The translations under genes and the position numbers were made by a program. Positions 1-10,446 of a stretch of 32,000 nt of DNA are shown here, piece by piece. Under the pieces are notes generated by a model. It ran no database searches and was not told the origin of the DNA. It saw nothing but the letters and a program-made list of their open reading frames with translations. Source of the stretch: Bacillus subtilis subsp. subtilis str. 168 (lineage in GTDB: Bacteria; Bacillota; Bacilli; Bacillales; Bacillaceae); contig NC_000964.3 of assembly GCF_000009045.1 (NCBI RefSeq), positions 1,920,001-1,952,000 of the forward strand, written 5' to 3'. Within the stretch, counting starts at the first letter, position 1. Each line of letters opens with the position of its first letter.

Positions 1-1864
1 CGTAAGTCCGGCAAACCCTGGCTGGTTTAACCGTGACCGTTTTGTTTTATCTGCTGGACACGGGTCAGCACTATTATACAGCATGCTTCATTTAAGCGGG
101 TTTGATCTTAGTATTGAAGATCTTAAGGGATTCCGCCAGTGGGGCAGCAAAACACCAGGACATCCGGAATTCGGACATACTGCCGGTGTTGATGCTACAA
201 CAGGTCCGCTTGGCCAAGGAATTGCCATGGCAGTCGGTATGGCAATTGCTGAACGCCATTTAGCGGAAACATACAACCGCGATTCATTTAACGTAGTCGA
301 TCATTATACATACAGTATTTGCGGTGATGGTGATTTAATGGAAGGTATTTCTTCTGAAGCCGCTTCACTCGCAGGCCATCTTCAGCTTGGCCGTCTGATC
401 GTACTATACGATTCTAATGACATCTCTCTTGATGGAGACCTCGACCGTTCATTCTCTGAAAACGTGAAACAGCGTTTTGAAGCAATGAATTGGGAAGTTC
501 TTTATGTTGAGGATGGAAACAATATTGAAGAATTAACAGCGGCTATCGAAAAAGCACGCCAAAATGAAAAGAAACCTACATTAATTGAAGTGAAAACGAC
601 AATCGGATTCGGTTCACCTAACCGTGCCGGTACATCCGGTGTTCACGGTGCGCCGCTTGGTAAAGAAGAAAGCAAATTAACAAAAGAAGCTTACGCGTGG
701 ACATATGAAGAAGACTTCTACGTTCCGTCAGAAGTTTATGAGCATTTCGCTGTAGCTGTTAAAGAATCAGGTGAGAAAAAAGAACAAGAATGGAATGCTC
801 AATTCGCTAAATATAAAGAAGTTTATCCTGAACTTGCTGAACAGCTTGAACTGGCAATCAAAGGAGAGCTTCCGAAGGACTGGGATCAAGAGGTTCCTGT
901 GTATGAAAAAGGAAGCAGTTTGGCATCCCGTGCATCTTCCGGTGAAGTTCTCAACGGACTTGCGAAAAAAATTCCTTTCTTTGTCGGAGGTTCTGCTGAC
1001 CTAGCGGGATCGAACAAAACGACTATTAAAAATGCCGGTGATTTTACAGCGGTTGATTACTCAGGCAAAAACTTCTGGTTTGGTGTACGTGAATTTGCGA
1101 TGGGTGCGGCCTTAAACGGTATGGCGCTTCATGGCGGTCTTCGTGTATTCGGCGGAACTTTCTTTGTCTTCTCTGATTACCTGCGTCCTGCGATTCGCCT
1201 TGCAGCGTTAATGGGCCTTCCTGTGACATATGTCTTCACACATGACAGTATTGCGGTTGGTGAAGACGGTCCGACGCACGAGCCTGTTGAACAGCTTGCT
1301 TCACTCCGTGCGATGCCTAACCTTTCTTTGATCCGTCCAGCAGACGGCAATGAGACAGCAGCAGCATGGAAGCTTGCAGTGCAAAGCACTGACCACCCAA
1401 CAGCGCTAGTGCTTACACGTCAAAACCTTCCTACCATCGATCAAACATCTGAAGAAGCATTGGCAGGAGTAGAAAAAGGTGCATATGTCGTTTCTAAATC
1501 TAAAAACGAAACACCTGACGCTCTTCTCATCGCTTCCGGATCAGAGGTAGGTCTTGCAATTGAAGCGCAGGCTGAATTGGCAAAAGAAAATATCGATGTT
1601 TCTGTTGTCAGCATGCCTTCAATGGACCGTTTTGAGAAACAATCTGATGAATACAAAAACGAAGTCCTTCCTGCAGATGTGAAAAAACGTCTTGCAATTG
1701 AAATGGGCTCATCATTTGGATGGGGCAAATACACGGGGCTTGAAGGTGACGTTCTCGGCATAGACCGATTCGGTGCATCTGCTCCTGGTGAAACCATCAT
1801 TAACGAATACGGCTTCTCAGTTCCGAACGTAGTGAATCGAGTTAAGGCATTAATCAATAAGTAA
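1..1864 (+). CDS. tkt: Transketolase, 5'-truncated by window edge
   Basis: Reading frame 2 is open from base 2 ([30 protein letters not shown]...), upstream of the ORF-track Met at 83. Transketolase motifs [27 protein letters not shown]-like region. Stop taa at 1862-1864. Confidence 0.97.
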   Translation, partial: VSPANPGWFNRDRFVLSAGHGSALLYSMLHLSGFDLSIEDLKGFRQWGSKTPGHPEFGHTAGVDATTGPLGQGIAMAVGMAIAERHLAETYNRDSFNVVDHYTYSICGDGDLMEGISSEAASLAGHLQLGRLIVLYDSNDISLDGDLDRSFSENVKQRFEAMNWEVLYVEDGNNIEELTAAIEKARQNEKKPTLIEVKTTIGFGSPNRAGTSGVHGAPLGKEESKLTKEAYAWTYEEDFYVPSEVYEHFAVAVKESGEKKEQEWNAQFAKYKEVYPELAEQLELAIKGELPKDWDQEVPVYEKGSSLASRASSGEVLNGLAKKIPFFVGGSADLAGSNKTTIKNAGDFTAVDYSGKNFWFGVREFAMGAALNGMALHGGLRVFGGTFFVFSDYLRPAIRLAALMGLPVTYVFTHDSIAVGEDGPTHEPVEQLASLRAMPNLSLIRPADGNETAAAWKLAVQSTDHPTALVLTRQNLPTIDQTSEEALAGVEKGAYVVSKSKNETPDALLIASGSEVGLAIEAQAELAKENIDVSVVSMPSMDRFEKQSDEYKNEVLPADVKKRLAIEMGSSFGWGKYTGLEGDVLGIDRFGASAPGETIINEYGFSVPNVVNRVKALINK

Positions 1865-1871
1865 GCTTTTG

Positions 1872-1903
1872 AAAGAGGATGAGTCAAATCATCCTCTTTT
1901 TCT
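1872..1903 (+). terminator. Rho-independent terminator after tkt
   Basis: AAAGAGGATGA-gtcaaa-TCATCCTCTTT followed by T tract. Confidence 0.9.
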
Positions 1904-2016
1904 TGTTTATCCGACAAAAATAGTATTGGCTGTTTAACAGTAATAGACAATTCTTTCTTTTCTTCTTTTGTATAATAGAGAGCAAATGAAATGCTGCTGG
2001 AAAAGGGGATGAAAAG

Positions 2017-2463
2017 ATGGAACGTCACTACTATACGTACCTGATCAAAGAGGAATTTGCCAATCACTATTTCGGCCGGGAATCGGTTATGTTTGAGCTG
2101 TTTCAAGACTATCATTGGACAAGCCTTGAAAAGCAGCAGTATGAAATGACAGAGAAACAGATTCAATATATTACACAACCAATCCCGATTTTACATATGC
2201 ATCAGCGGTTAAAAATGAATTTAAACAAGACGGATTACAGGCAGCTGGATTATATTTATAGAATAGCTTTGCCGAAAGCAAAAGGCCACGCGACGTTTAT
2301 GATGAAGGAGCACATGATAGAAATTGTGGCTTCGGGAGATTACGAGGCAGAAACGATATTCTTTGAAGTGTTAAGAAAAGTAAGCCCTTGCTTTTTAGCA
2401 ATGGATTTCAATTCGAAGCGTTACGGATGGCTAAATCCGGTGAAAGAAAGAAATTTTGTCTAA
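2017..2463 (+). CDS. sirA: Sporulation inhibitor of replication SirA (YneE)
   Basis: 148-aa ORF MERHYYTYLIKEEFANHYFGRE..., ribosome-binding site (RBS) aaaagggg upstream, position next to tkt and yneF as in B. subtilis; product recognised by recall. Confidence 0.88.
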   Translation: MERHYYTYLIKEEFANHYFGRESVMFELFQDYHWTSLEKQQYEMTEKQIQYITQPIPILHMHQRLKMNLNKTDYRQLDYIYRIALPKAKGHATFMMKEHMIEIVASGDYEAETIFFEVLRKVSPCFLAMDFNSKRYGWLNPVKERNFV

Positions 2464-2548
2464 AACCGAAGAAAAAGAGATGTAAATGTTGTATAATAGC
2501 TTTTGGTTTAGTACACTTTAAACTAGACAACATGAAGGAGGAAATAAA

Positions 2549-2767
2549 ATGACTTTATGGGTTGGCATCCTAGTGGGCGTTGTTGCATTGCTCATAGGTG
2601 TTGCACTCGGGTTTTTTATTGCTCGTAAATATATGATGAGCTACCTGAAAAAGAATCCGCCTATTAATGAACAAATGTTACGCATGATGATGATGCAAAT
2701 GGGAATGAAACCTTCTCAAAAGAAAATCAATCAAATGATGAAAGCCATGAATAATCAAACGAAATAA
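2549..2767 (+). CDS. yneF: UPF0154 family small membrane protein YneF
   Basis: 72-aa ORF with N-terminal TM helix then [36 protein letters not shown]; RBS aaggagg. Confidence 0.92.
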   Translation: MTLWVGILVGVVALLIGVALGFFIARKYMMSYLKKNPPINEQMLRMMMMQMGMKPSQKKINQMMKAMNNQTK

Positions 2768-2807
2768 TACGTAAAGATTATGATATAGAGAAACATGGTT
2801 ATAAAAT

Positions 2808-2831
2808 AAAAAACCCTTATACGGGTTTTTT
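2808..2831. terminator. Bidirectional terminator between convergent yneF and ynzD
   Basis: aaaaaccc-ttatac-gggttttt with flanking A and T tracts. Confidence 0.75.
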
Positions 2832-2840
2832 ATTTTGCAA

Positions 2841-3014
2841 TCATTCATCACCCGCTACTGCTCGAAGGCGCTGCTTTTGATATTGTATGAGAAGATGGTC
2901 AAGCTCCTGACTGAGCTCTATCGTAATATGAGATGTCATTCCGTTCGCCATGACAATTTGCAGCAGCTCTGCTCTTTTTTTTTCAATTTCTTTTAATAGA
3001 TGCTCTCTAATCAC
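2841..3014 (-). CDS. ynzD: Spo0E-like aspartyl-phosphate phosphatase (YnzD)
   Basis: SQELD motif of the Spo0E family. The ORF track starts at 3032; the GTG at 3014 gives a 57-aa product VIREHLLKEIEKKRAELL... with AAAGGA upstream. Confidence 0.85.
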   Translation of the reverse strand: MIREHLLKEIEKKRAELLQIVMANGMTSHITIELSQELDHLLIQYQKQRLRAVAGDE

Positions 3015-3233
3015 AGGGATGTATCCTTTCATACATTAGATCTTCAAAGTGAATGTTTATATTATATCCATATTTATACTAATTTTCAAATGAGAAGGAG
3101 TATAATGTCTCAATGTCAAATTAAATTATATAAGTTTTTTCTGAAAATAGAAATCCTTCAAGTGAAAGTGTTAAAAAAATGAAATGATTTTGTCATAACT
3201 TGAAGGAATGTCAAATCATGAAGGGATGATGAC

Positions 3234-3941
3234 ATGGGAGACGTGAATTATTTTTTGACATTCGGAGCGGGGTTTTTATCCTTTATTTCGCCTTGCTGCC
3301 TGCCGCTTTACCCAGCTTTTTTGTCATATATTACAGGGGTCAGCATGGACGATGTAAAAACTGAAAAGCTGCTGCTGCAGAAAAGAAGCTTGTTTCATAC
3401 TTTGTGTTTTTTGCTTGGCTTTTCAGTCATTTTTATTGCTTTAGGCTATGGAACATCTTTTATTGGCAGCCTGTTTAGGGATTATCACGATGCGATTCGG
3501 CAAATTGGCGCGTTGCTTATTATTTTGTTCGGTTTCATTACACTCGGTGTGTTCCGGCCTGAGGCTATGATGAAAGAGCGGAGAATCCATTTTAAGCATA
3601 AACCAAGCGGGTTTTTAGGGTCGGTCTTAATCGGAATGGCATTTGCAGCTGGATGGACACCATGTACCGGTCCGATATTAGCTGCTGTTATCACACTTGC
3701 AGGCACCAATCCGGGCTCAGCGGTGCCATACATGATGTTATATGTACTCGGTTTTGCGGTACCGTTTCTTTTATTGTCTTTTTTTATCACAAAGCTGAAG
3801 TGGATAAGGAAGAACCAGCTTTTCATTATGAAAGCTGGTGGCGTTTTGATGATTGTGATTGGTGTGCTGTTATTCTTTAATTGGATGAGCCTGATCATTA
3901 TTTTGCTGTCAGATCTTTTTGGAGGCTTTACTGGTTTTTGA
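3234..3941 (+). CDS. ccdA: Cytochrome c biogenesis protein CcdA (DsbD-like thiol-disulfide transporter)
   Basis: Multi-TM protein with [13 protein letters not shown] and [12 protein letters not shown] cysteine motifs. Confidence 0.95.
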
Positions 3942-4029
3942 CGGTAAATTACTTTCGTACTACTACTAATCCTTTTGTTTTTGGTACAATAAGACTATTA
4001 TCTGTGGAAATCGATTGTTGGAGGGGAAT

Positions 4030-4392
4030 ATGACAAGAGTTTTAGTTGTAGACGACGCCAAGTTCATGAGAGTGAAAATCAGAGAGATCTTGGAAGAGGC
4101 AAATTACATAATCGCAGGCGAAGCGGCGGACGGTGAACAAGCAGCTGACCTGTATAAAAAACTGCGCCCGGACCTTGTGACAATGGATATTACAATGCCG
4201 GTGAAAAACGGCATAAAAGCGCTTCGTGATATCTTAACCTTTGATCCTAAAGCGAAGGTCATCATGTGCACCGCCATGCGCCAGCAAAGAATTGTAACGG
4301 AAGCAATTGAGCTGGGGGCAAAGGATTTTATTGTTAAGCCGTTTGAGGAAACAAAAGTGCTGGAAGCTGTAAGCCGCGTTATGGGACATTAA
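4030..4392 (+). CDS. yneI: CheY-like single-domain response regulator YneI
   Basis: Receiver domain MTRVLVVDDAKFMR...DLVTMDITMP...KPFEE; RBS gagggg before ATG 4030. Confidence 0.93.
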   Translation: MTRVLVVDDAKFMRVKIREILEEANYIIAGEAADGEQAADLYKKLRPDLVTMDITMPVKNGIKALRDILTFDPKAKVIMCTAMRQQRIVTEAIELGAKDFIVKPFEETKVLEAVSRVMGH

Positions 4393-4479
4393 AGTCATTT
4401 CTTTTCAAAATGGTTTTTTTTATTGTTTTGGAGTATAGTATATAGTATCAACACTCCGAGAAACAAAGGAATGATAAGT

Positions 4480-4962
4480 ATGATGATTATAGTTTCATCA
4501 ATTATTGCTGTGTTAATGGCTGTAGCTGTGATGGTGGTCAGAATAAAGTCCTCTGACAAGCCTGTTTCACCAAAAAAAATCATTCTTCCGCCGATTTTTA
4601 TGAGTACGGGAGCGTTAATGTTTTTATTTCCGGTATTTTGGGTAACTGGAGCAGAGTTTTTGGAAGCATTCACTTTAGGTGTGATTTTCTCTATTTTTCT
4701 AATCAAAACTTCTAAGTTCGAAATTAAAAATAATGAAATTTACATGAAACGCTCTAAAGCATTTGTTTTTATATTAGTCGGTCTTTTGGTGATCAGAATC
4801 GTGATGAAATCGATCTTGAGCACATCAATTGATTATGGTGCACTGAGCGGAATGTTTTGGATTCTGGCTTTCGGTATGATTGTGCCTTGGAGAATCGCCA
4901 TGTATTTATCATATCGAAAACTTCATAACGAGCTGCAGTCATCTAATATTCAAATGAATTAA
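4480..4962 (+). CDS. ccdC: CcdC-family membrane protein (YneJ)
   Basis: Multi-TM ORF MMIIVSSIIAVLMAVAVMVVR..., directly after yneI. The exact ATG (4471, 4480 or 4483) is uncertain. Confidence 0.8.
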   Translation: MMIIVSSIIAVLMAVAVMVVRIKSSDKPVSPKKIILPPIFMSTGALMFLFPVFWVTGAEFLEAFTLGVIFSIFLIKTSKFEIKNNEIYMKRSKAFVFILVGLLVIRIVMKSILSTSIDYGALSGMFWILAFGMIVPWRIAMYLSYRKLHNELQSSNIQMN

Positions 4963-4994
4963 AAAACCTTTCCTCTTGTCAGGAAAGGTTTTTT
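4961..4994. terminator. Bidirectional terminator between convergent ccdC and yneK
   Basis: 14-bp perfect stem AAAAAACCTTTCCT-cttgtc-AGGAAAGGTTTTTT. Confidence 0.9.
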
Positions 4995-5424
4995 ATTTGA
5001 GAAGGGTCTGATAAGGTTCCAAATCGATTTTTTTGTCCCGCAGATGCCTTTTTAAGAAGGTATGGTCTCTTTTAGGAGTTGCGAGAATATAGCCTTTGAT
5101 CATAAGTTGCTGATCAATCTTTGCTACCTTTTCTTTTAATGCAAGCTCACCGATTTTGCCTGCGATTTTAGCTTTTGCTGCATCTCTGAACAGCTCTGGC
5201 ACGGGCGCAGTCAATTCATCTAGAAACTGTTTGTTTTCATCGTTCCATAAATGTCTGCTGTTTTCAATATAGTAATCCTGCCAATCAAGCTCTGATCTGC
5301 CGTCCTCTTTTGGTAAACGCTTTAAAAACTTTCGAAACATGAAAAAACCGCCGATTGATAATAAGACTACCATCATGATTACCCAAAACAGAATAAACCA
5401 TAAAAACCATCCTTCCAGCATCAA
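4993..5424 (-). CDS. yneK: YneK, DUF-type membrane-anchored protein
   Basis: 143-aa ORF with N-terminal TM segment and charged C-terminal domain; RBS aaggggg. Confidence 0.85.
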   Translation of the reverse strand: MMLEGWFLWFILFWVIMMVVLLSIGGFFMFRKFLKRLPKEDGRSELDWQDYYIENSRHLWNDENKQFLDELTAPVPELFRDAAKAKIAGKIGELALKEKVAKIDQQLMIKGYILATPKRDHTFLKRHLRDKKIDLEPYQTLLK

Positions 5425-5610
5425 TCATTCCCCCTTATTCTAACCATATTGTATACGAAGAGAGATTAGAAGAACACAGTAAAAAAAGAATAGAAAAAAG
5501 TGATAGACGTCTAGTCAAAAGAGATAGTAGATCATATTCTATTGTATAGTGAATCTGCTATTTGGCCATGGGAGAGTCACTAGAGGGTATTTGACGATAA
5601 ATGGACGGAA

Positions 5611-5650
5611 AAAAAGTCACTTTCATAATAGGGGATGAAAGTGACTTTTT
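5611..5650. terminator. Terminator downstream of cotM
   Basis: aaaaagtcactttcat-aatagggg-atgaaagtgacttttt, 16-bp stem. Confidence 0.85.
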
Positions 5651-5654
5651 ATGT

Positions 5655-6029
5655 TTAGCTGAGAGGAAATTGAAGAGAAAAAGAAGAGCCATCTTCTGTT
5701 TCTTTATTGACGGCGACTGTGAGTATTTGATTTTCGCATTCGACTTGAATGTTTTTGTCATTAAAATAAAAAGGAAGCATCATTTGTTTTTCAAAAGTCT
5801 GTCCTGACGATTTGACAGTTAAGATGAACTCGCATCCAGAAAGGGTAACTGTTACTTGTGTAGGCTGTAAAAAAGTCAGATCCGCTTCTATAATATACTG
5901 CTGACTTGTTTCATATAAATCAATAGGCAATGTTTCGTCGTACCAGGCGAAGGGGTCTTCAAAAAATTGCCGAAGCCATTCATCCATACTATCGAAATCA
6001 TTCGCATCGTTGCGTTTTGAATGGTTCAT
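5655..6029 (-). CDS. cotM: Spore coat protein CotM (Hsp20/alpha-crystallin-like)
   Basis: DLYETSQQYIIEADLTFLQPTQVTVTLSGCEFILTV...NVECENQILTVAV resembles Hsp20. The ORF track starts at 6047, but GGAGG 9 nt upstream favours ATG 6029 (MNHSKRND). Confidence 0.88.
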   Translation of the reverse strand: MNHSKRNDANDFDSMDEWLRQFFEDPFAWYDETLPIDLYETSQQYIIEADLTFLQPTQVTVTLSGCEFILTVKSSGQTFEKQMMLPFYFNDKNIQVECENQILTVAVNKETEDGSSFSLQFPLS

Positions 6030-6127
6030 GGAAGCATTCCTCCACATATCAACCTTGCTTTACATCATATGCGGTGGATTATAAATGGGTGAACGCATAA
6101 AAAAACAGACACTAAGGTCTGCTTTTC

Positions 6128-6274
6128 TTACATATCATGGCTTGAGTTGTGCTTTTGTCTTGTATGGTTTCGGTTTTTTACTTTTTTGCTTCCGCTTAGA
6201 GGCTCGGGTTGGCCGGGATTGTGTCCTTTAGGGGCGTTTTTATGCATATCTTTACTTGTATTCTTATTGGTCAT
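6128..6274 (-). CDS. sspP: Small acid-soluble spore protein P
   Basis: Manually translated: [48 protein letters not shown] (48 aa), RBS aggagg. Below the length cut-off of the ORF track. Confidence 0.93.
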   Translation of the reverse strand: MTNKNTSKDMHKNAPKGHNPGQPEPLSGSKKVKNRNHTRQKHNSSHDM

Positions 6275-6305
6275 AAAATGAGAACCTCCTTAAAAGAGTT
6301 CGGTG

Positions 6306-6452
6306 TTATTGATTGGTTTTTCTTTTTTTGTTATTTTGGCGTTCTGCTTCAGTCAGTACAAGCTGGTCGTTTTCAATATAGCCGGCGCCTTTGCCTTGGC
6401 TTTTTGCGTCATTCATTCCGTTAATGACGTGATTCGCTTTTCTTTTGACCAT
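6306..6452 (-). CDS. sspO: Small acid-soluble spore protein O
   Basis: Manually translated: [27 protein letters not shown]... KKRKTNQ-type 48-aa product immediately upstream of sspP on the same strand. Confidence 0.92.
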   Translation of the reverse strand: MVKRKANHVINGMNDAKSQGKGAGYIENDQLVLTEAERQNNKKRKTNQ

Positions 6453-6538
6453 CATTATCACCTCAATCATAATATGGCTTCTTTTATTGTGTTATATGAG
6501 AGAGCGTAAACAGTAAAAATTACCGGTACATTTTTCTC

Positions 6539-6553
6539 ATAAGTCGAACTTAT
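6539..6553. promoter_or_regulatory. CcpC-type operator upstream of citB
   Basis: 15-bp dyad ATAAGT-CGA-ACTTAT, which fits ATAA-N7-TTAT. Confidence 0.7.
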
Positions 6554-6607
6554 TGTATTTAATAAAAACATTGATATTTACTTATGTATGATTTTGTTTT
6601 AATATGA

Positions 6608-6622
6608 AATTGTGAGAAAATT
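6608..6622. promoter_or_regulatory. CodY-like box upstream of citB
   Basis: AATTGTGAGAAAATT has two mismatches to AATTTTCWGAAAATT. Confidence 0.55.
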
Positions 6623-6679
6623 GTGATGGAATGTAATGTTCATCTGAGAATGATCTGATCTGAAGGGGGATTTTGGAGA

Positions 6680-9409
6680 ATGGCAAACGAGCAAAAAACT
6701 GCAGCAAAAGACGTTTTCCAAGCGAGAAAAACGTTTACTACAAATGGGAAAACATATCATTACTACTCTTTAAAAGCGTTAGAAGATTCAGGTATAGGAA
6801 AGGTTTCGAAGCTTCCTTATTCCATCAAAGTTCTTTTAGAATCAGTATTGCGTCAAGTTGACGGCTTCGTTATCAAAAAAGAACACGTGGAAAATTTGGC
6901 AAAATGGGGAACTGCCGAATTAAAGGATATCGACGTTCCGTTCAAACCGTCTCGTGTTATTTTACAAGACTTCACAGGGGTTCCGGCAGTAGTAGATCTG
7001 GCTTCACTGCGTAAAGCAATGGCAGCTGTCGGCGGAGATCCTGATAAAATCAACCCTGAAATTCCTGTTGATCTCGTTATCGATCACTCTGTACAGGTAG
7101 ATAAAGCGGGTACAGAAGATGCATTAGCAGTAAATATGGACTTGGAATTCGAAAGAAATGCAGAGCGCTACAAATTTTTAAGCTGGGCAAAGAAAGCGTT
7201 TAACAATTATCAGGCAGTACCGCCTGCAACAGGTATTGTGCACCAGGTCAACCTTGAGTTCTTGGCAAGTGTTGTCCATGCCATTGAAGAAGACGGCGAG
7301 CTTGTAACGTATCCTGATACGCTTGTCGGAACAGACTCACACACAACAATGATTAACGGTATCGGTGTTCTCGGCTGGGGTGTCGGTGGAATTGAAGCTG
7401 AAGCGGGAATGCTTGGACAGCCTTCTTACTTCCCAGTTCCAGAGGTAATCGGCGCGAAACTTGTCGGCAAGCTTCCAAACGGAACAACAGCTACTGACTT
7501 GGCGTTAAAAGTAACACAAGTGCTGCGTGAAAAAGGCGTTGTCGGTAAATTTGTTGAATTCTTCGGACCGGGAATTGCTGAACTGCCGCTTGCAGATCGC
7601 GCAACAATTGCGAATATGGCTCCGGAATACGGTGCTACATGCGGATTCTTCCCAGTAGATGAAGAAGCGCTTAACTACCTGCGCCTGACTGGCCGTGATC
7701 CTGAACATATTGATGTTGTTGAAGCATACTGCAGAAGCAATGGCTTGTTCTACACTCCAGATGCGGAAGACCCTCAATTTACTGATGTGGTTGAAATTGA
7801 CCTGTCTCAAATTGAAGCAAACTTATCGGGTCCAAAGCGTCCTCAGGATTTGATCCCGCTATCTGCTATGCAGGAAACGTTTAAAAAGCAATTAGTCAGC
7901 CCTGCAGGTAACCAAGGATTCGGTTTAAATGCTGAGGAAGAAAATAAAGAAATTAAGTTTAAACTCCTTAACGGCGAAGAAACAGTTATGAAAACGGGTG
8001 CGATCGCCATTGCTGCGATTACAAGCTGTACAAATACATCAAACCCATACGTGCTGATCGGCGCCGGACTGGTAGCGAAAAAAGCGGTTGAGTTAGGGCT
8101 TAAGGTGCCTAATTACGTGAAAACGTCACTTGCACCGGGTTCTAAAGTTGTTACAGGATATCTTGTGAATTCAGGCCTTCTTCCATACATGAAAGAGCTT
8201 GGCTTTAACCTCGTTGGGTACGGCTGTACAACATGTATCGGGAACTCAGGTCCGCTTTCACCGGAAATCGAAGAAGCGGTTGCGAAAAATGATCTTCTGA
8301 TTACGTCTGTCCTTTCCGGAAACCGTAACTTTGAAGGACGTATTCACCCGCTTGTTAAAGGCAACTATCTTGCTTCACCGCCGCTTGTTGTGGCATATGC
8401 GCTGGCTGGAACGGTAAACATTAACTTAAAAACCGATCCAATCGGTGTGGGCAAGGATGGTCAAAACGTATACTTTAATGATATTTGGCCGTCAATGGAC
8501 GAAATCAATGCACTTGTTAAGCAAACTGTTACGCCAGAGCTATTCCGCAAAGAGTATGAAACAGTATTTGATGACAACAAGCGCTGGAACGAAATTGAAA
8601 CAACAGATGAAGCTTTATATAAATGGGATAACGATTCAACTTACATCCAAAACCCACCATTCTTTGAAGAGATGTCTGTTGAGCCAGGCAAGGTTGAGCC
8701 ATTAAAAGGACTGCGTGTTGTCGGTAAATTCGGCGATTCAGTCACAACTGACCATATTTCTCCTGCGGGGGCAATCGGAAAAGATACGCCTGCCGGAAAG
8801 TATTTGCAAGAAAAAGGTGTTTCACCTCGTGACTTTAACTCCTACGGCTCCCGCCGTGGAAACCATGAAGTCATGATGAGAGGAACATTTGCCAACATTC
8901 GCATCAAAAACCAAATCGCACCGGGTACAGAAGGCGGATTTACGACGTACTGGCCGACTGGTGAAGTAACATCCATCTATGATGCATGCATGAAATACAA
9001 AGAAGATAAAACCGGTCTTGTCGTATTAGCAGGAAAAGACTATGGTATGGGATCTTCACGTGACTGGGCTGCAAAAGGAACAAACCTTCTCGGCATCAGA
9101 ACGGTCATTGCAGAGAGCTTCGAAAGAATTCACAGAAGCAATCTTGTATTCATGGGTGTGCTGCCGCTTCAGTTTAAACAAGGTGAAAATGCGGATACAC
9201 TCGGCTTAACGGGTAAAGAAGTCATCGAGGTAGATGTTGATGAAACAGTTCGTCCTCGTGACCTTGTGACTGTAAGAGCAATCAATGAAGACGGCAATGT
9301 AACAACTTTTGAAGCAGTCGTCCGCTTTGATAGTGAAGTTGAAATTGATTACTACCGCCATGGCGGCATCCTTCAAATGGTGCTTCGTGAAAAAATGAAG
9401 CAGTCCTGA
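6680..9409 (+). CDS. citB: Aconitate hydratase
   Basis: 909-aa AcnA-type protein; [22 protein letters not shown] and C-terminal swivel domain [10 protein letters not shown] motifs. Confidence 0.98.
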   Translation: MANEQKTAAKDVFQARKTFTTNGKTYHYYSLKALEDSGIGKVSKLPYSIKVLLESVLRQVDGFVIKKEHVENLAKWGTAELKDIDVPFKPSRVILQDFTGVPAVVDLASLRKAMAAVGGDPDKINPEIPVDLVIDHSVQVDKAGTEDALAVNMDLEFERNAERYKFLSWAKKAFNNYQAVPPATGIVHQVNLEFLASVVHAIEEDGELVTYPDTLVGTDSHTTMINGIGVLGWGVGGIEAEAGMLGQPSYFPVPEVIGAKLVGKLPNGTTATDLALKVTQVLREKGVVGKFVEFFGPGIAELPLADRATIANMAPEYGATCGFFPVDEEALNYLRLTGRDPEHIDVVEAYCRSNGLFYTPDAEDPQFTDVVEIDLSQIEANLSGPKRPQDLIPLSAMQETFKKQLVSPAGNQGFGLNAEEENKEIKFKLLNGEETVMKTGAIAIAAITSCTNTSNPYVLIGAGLVAKKAVELGLKVPNYVKTSLAPGSKVVTGYLVNSGLLPYMKELGFNLVGYGCTTCIGNSGPLSPEIEEAVAKNDLLITSVLSGNRNFEGRIHPLVKGNYLASPPLVVAYALAGTVNINLKTDPIGVGKDGQNVYFNDIWPSMDEINALVKQTVTPELFRKEYETVFDDNKRWNEIETTDEALYKWDNDSTYIQNPPFFEEMSVEPGKVEPLKGLRVVGKFGDSVTTDHISPAGAIGKDTPAGKYLQEKGVSPRDFNSYGSRRGNHEVMMRGTFANIRIKNQIAPGTEGGFTTYWPTGEVTSIYDACMKYKEDKTGLVVLAGKDYGMGSSRDWAAKGTNLLGIRTVIAESFERIHRSNLVFMGVLPLQFKQGENADTLGLTGKEVIEVDVDETVRPRDLVTVRAINEDGNVTTFEAVVRFDSEVEIDYYRHGGILQMVLREKMKQS

Positions 9410-9418
9410 TGAATCAAT

Positions 9419-9451
9419 AGGAAGAGAAGGCATTTCGCTTTCTCTTCTTTT
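9419..9451 (+). terminator. Probable terminator after citB
   Basis: gaagaga-aggcatttcgctt-tctcttc followed by T run; stem is short. Confidence 0.55.
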
Positions 9452-9480
9452 TATGACACAATGTGCTGCGGAGGTGGCAT

Positions 9481-9993
9481 ATGCTGAAAAAATGGCTCGC
9501 AGGGATCCTGCTTATCATGCTAGTCGGTTATACGGGATGGAATTTATATCAAACATACAGCAAAAAAGAAGTCGGAATTCAAGAGGGGCAACAAGCACCT
9601 GATTTTTCTTTGAAAACGCTATCAGGAGAGAAAAGCTCTTTACAGGATGCAAAAGGCAAAAAAGTGCTGCTCAATTTTTGGGCAACTTGGTGTAAGCCGT
9701 GCCGTCAGGAAATGCCTGCGATGGAAAAGCTGCAAAAAGAGTACGCCGACAAACTTGCGGTTGTTGCGGTAAATTTCACTTCAGCTGAGAAAAGTGAGAA
9801 ACAGGTCCGAGCGTTTGCTGATACTTATGACTTAACGTTCCCCATTCTGATTGATAAAAAAGGGATCAATGCTGACTATAACGTGATGTCATATCCAACG
9901 ACATATATCTTAGATGAAAAAGGTGTTATCCAAGACATACATGTTGGCACCATGACAAAAAAAGAAATGGAACAAAAACTGGATCTTGATTAG
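9481..9993 (+). CDS. yneN: Thioredoxin-like (ResA/TlpA family) thiol-disulfide protein YneN
   Basis: N-terminal membrane anchor, FWATWCKPCRQEMP active site, YPTTYILDEKG. ATG 9481 preceded by ggaggtgg is preferred over 9463. Confidence 0.92.
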   Translation: MLKKWLAGILLIMLVGYTGWNLYQTYSKKEVGIQEGQQAPDFSLKTLSGEKSSLQDAKGKKVLLNFWATWCKPCRQEMPAMEKLQKEYADKLAVVAVNFTSAEKSEKQVRAFADTYDLTFPILIDKKGINADYNVMSYPTTYILDEKGVIQDIHVGTMTKKEMEQKLDLD

Positions 9994-10073
9994 ATTCAGT
10001 TTTTTTTATACTCAAATATGCTTACAAGTTTTCAGAATTGGAAAAAATAAAAGAATATGCGGAGGTGAGAAGC

Positions 10074-10199
10074 GTGAAGAAGATGAGAAAACGTTCTTTT
10101 CATGAGCTCGTCATGGAAAACAAAAAAGAGCTGATGACCAATACAGAGTATTTAAATCAGCTTGAGGAAAAGCTTGAACAGCGATTTAAGCAAAAATAA
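10074..10199 (+). CDS. Small basic protein resembling the FbpB (Fur-regulated basic protein B) family
   Basis: GTG start with ggaggtgag RBS; MKKMRKRSFHELVMENKKELMTNTEYLNQLEEKLEQRFKQK (41 aa). The RKRSFxELVxENKxELxxxxxxLxxxEEKLEQR pattern resembles that family. Confidence 0.7.
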   Translation: MKKMRKRSFHELVMENKKELMTNTEYLNQLEEKLEQRFKQK

Positions 10200-10263
10200 C
10201 CTTTAATTTGTATTCATGTTTACCCCTCCTTTTGAGAAACCTATCTGTTGAGGAGGGATAAAC

Positions 10264-10410
10264 ATGGGAAACAACAAGAAAAACGGTCAGCCTCAATATG
10301 CTCCAAGCCACTTGGGTACAAAGCCTGTAAAATATAAAGCCAATAAAGGGGAAAAAATGCATGATACTTCAGGACAGCGGCCGATTATCATGCAGACAAA
10401 AGGCGAGTAG
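10264..10410 (+). CDS. sspN: Small acid-soluble spore protein N
   Basis: Manually translated: MGNNKKNGQPQYAPSHLGTKPVKYKANKGEKMHDTSGQRPIIMQTKGE (48 aa), RBS gagggat, followed by tlp. Confidence 0.95.
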   Translation: MGNNKKNGQPQYAPSHLGTKPVKYKANKGEKMHDTSGQRPIIMQTKGE

Positions 10411-10446
10411 CGAAAATTCGAGTTTATTTCTAGGAGGTACATCCGA

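Noticed and set aside
88-1389. ORFs on the minus strand and alternative frames inside tkt (88-276, 771-1004, 1044-1229, 1177-1389)
   Set aside because: Shadow ORFs of a well-supported transketolase; no RBS, no recognisable domains.
1441-2178. 245-aa minus-strand ORF across the tkt end, terminator and sirA start
   Set aside because: Crosses a strong terminator and overlaps two supported genes antisense; low-complexity antisense-type composition.
5425-5610. Possible regulatory RNA between yneK and cotM
   Set aside because: Only AT-rich sequence plus the cotM terminator; no independent promoter-terminator pair I could support.
6853-8705. ORFs antisense to or out of frame with citB, and likewise within parE, parC, xynC and yngE
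   Set aside because: Nested inside confidently assigned genes, without RBS or family features.
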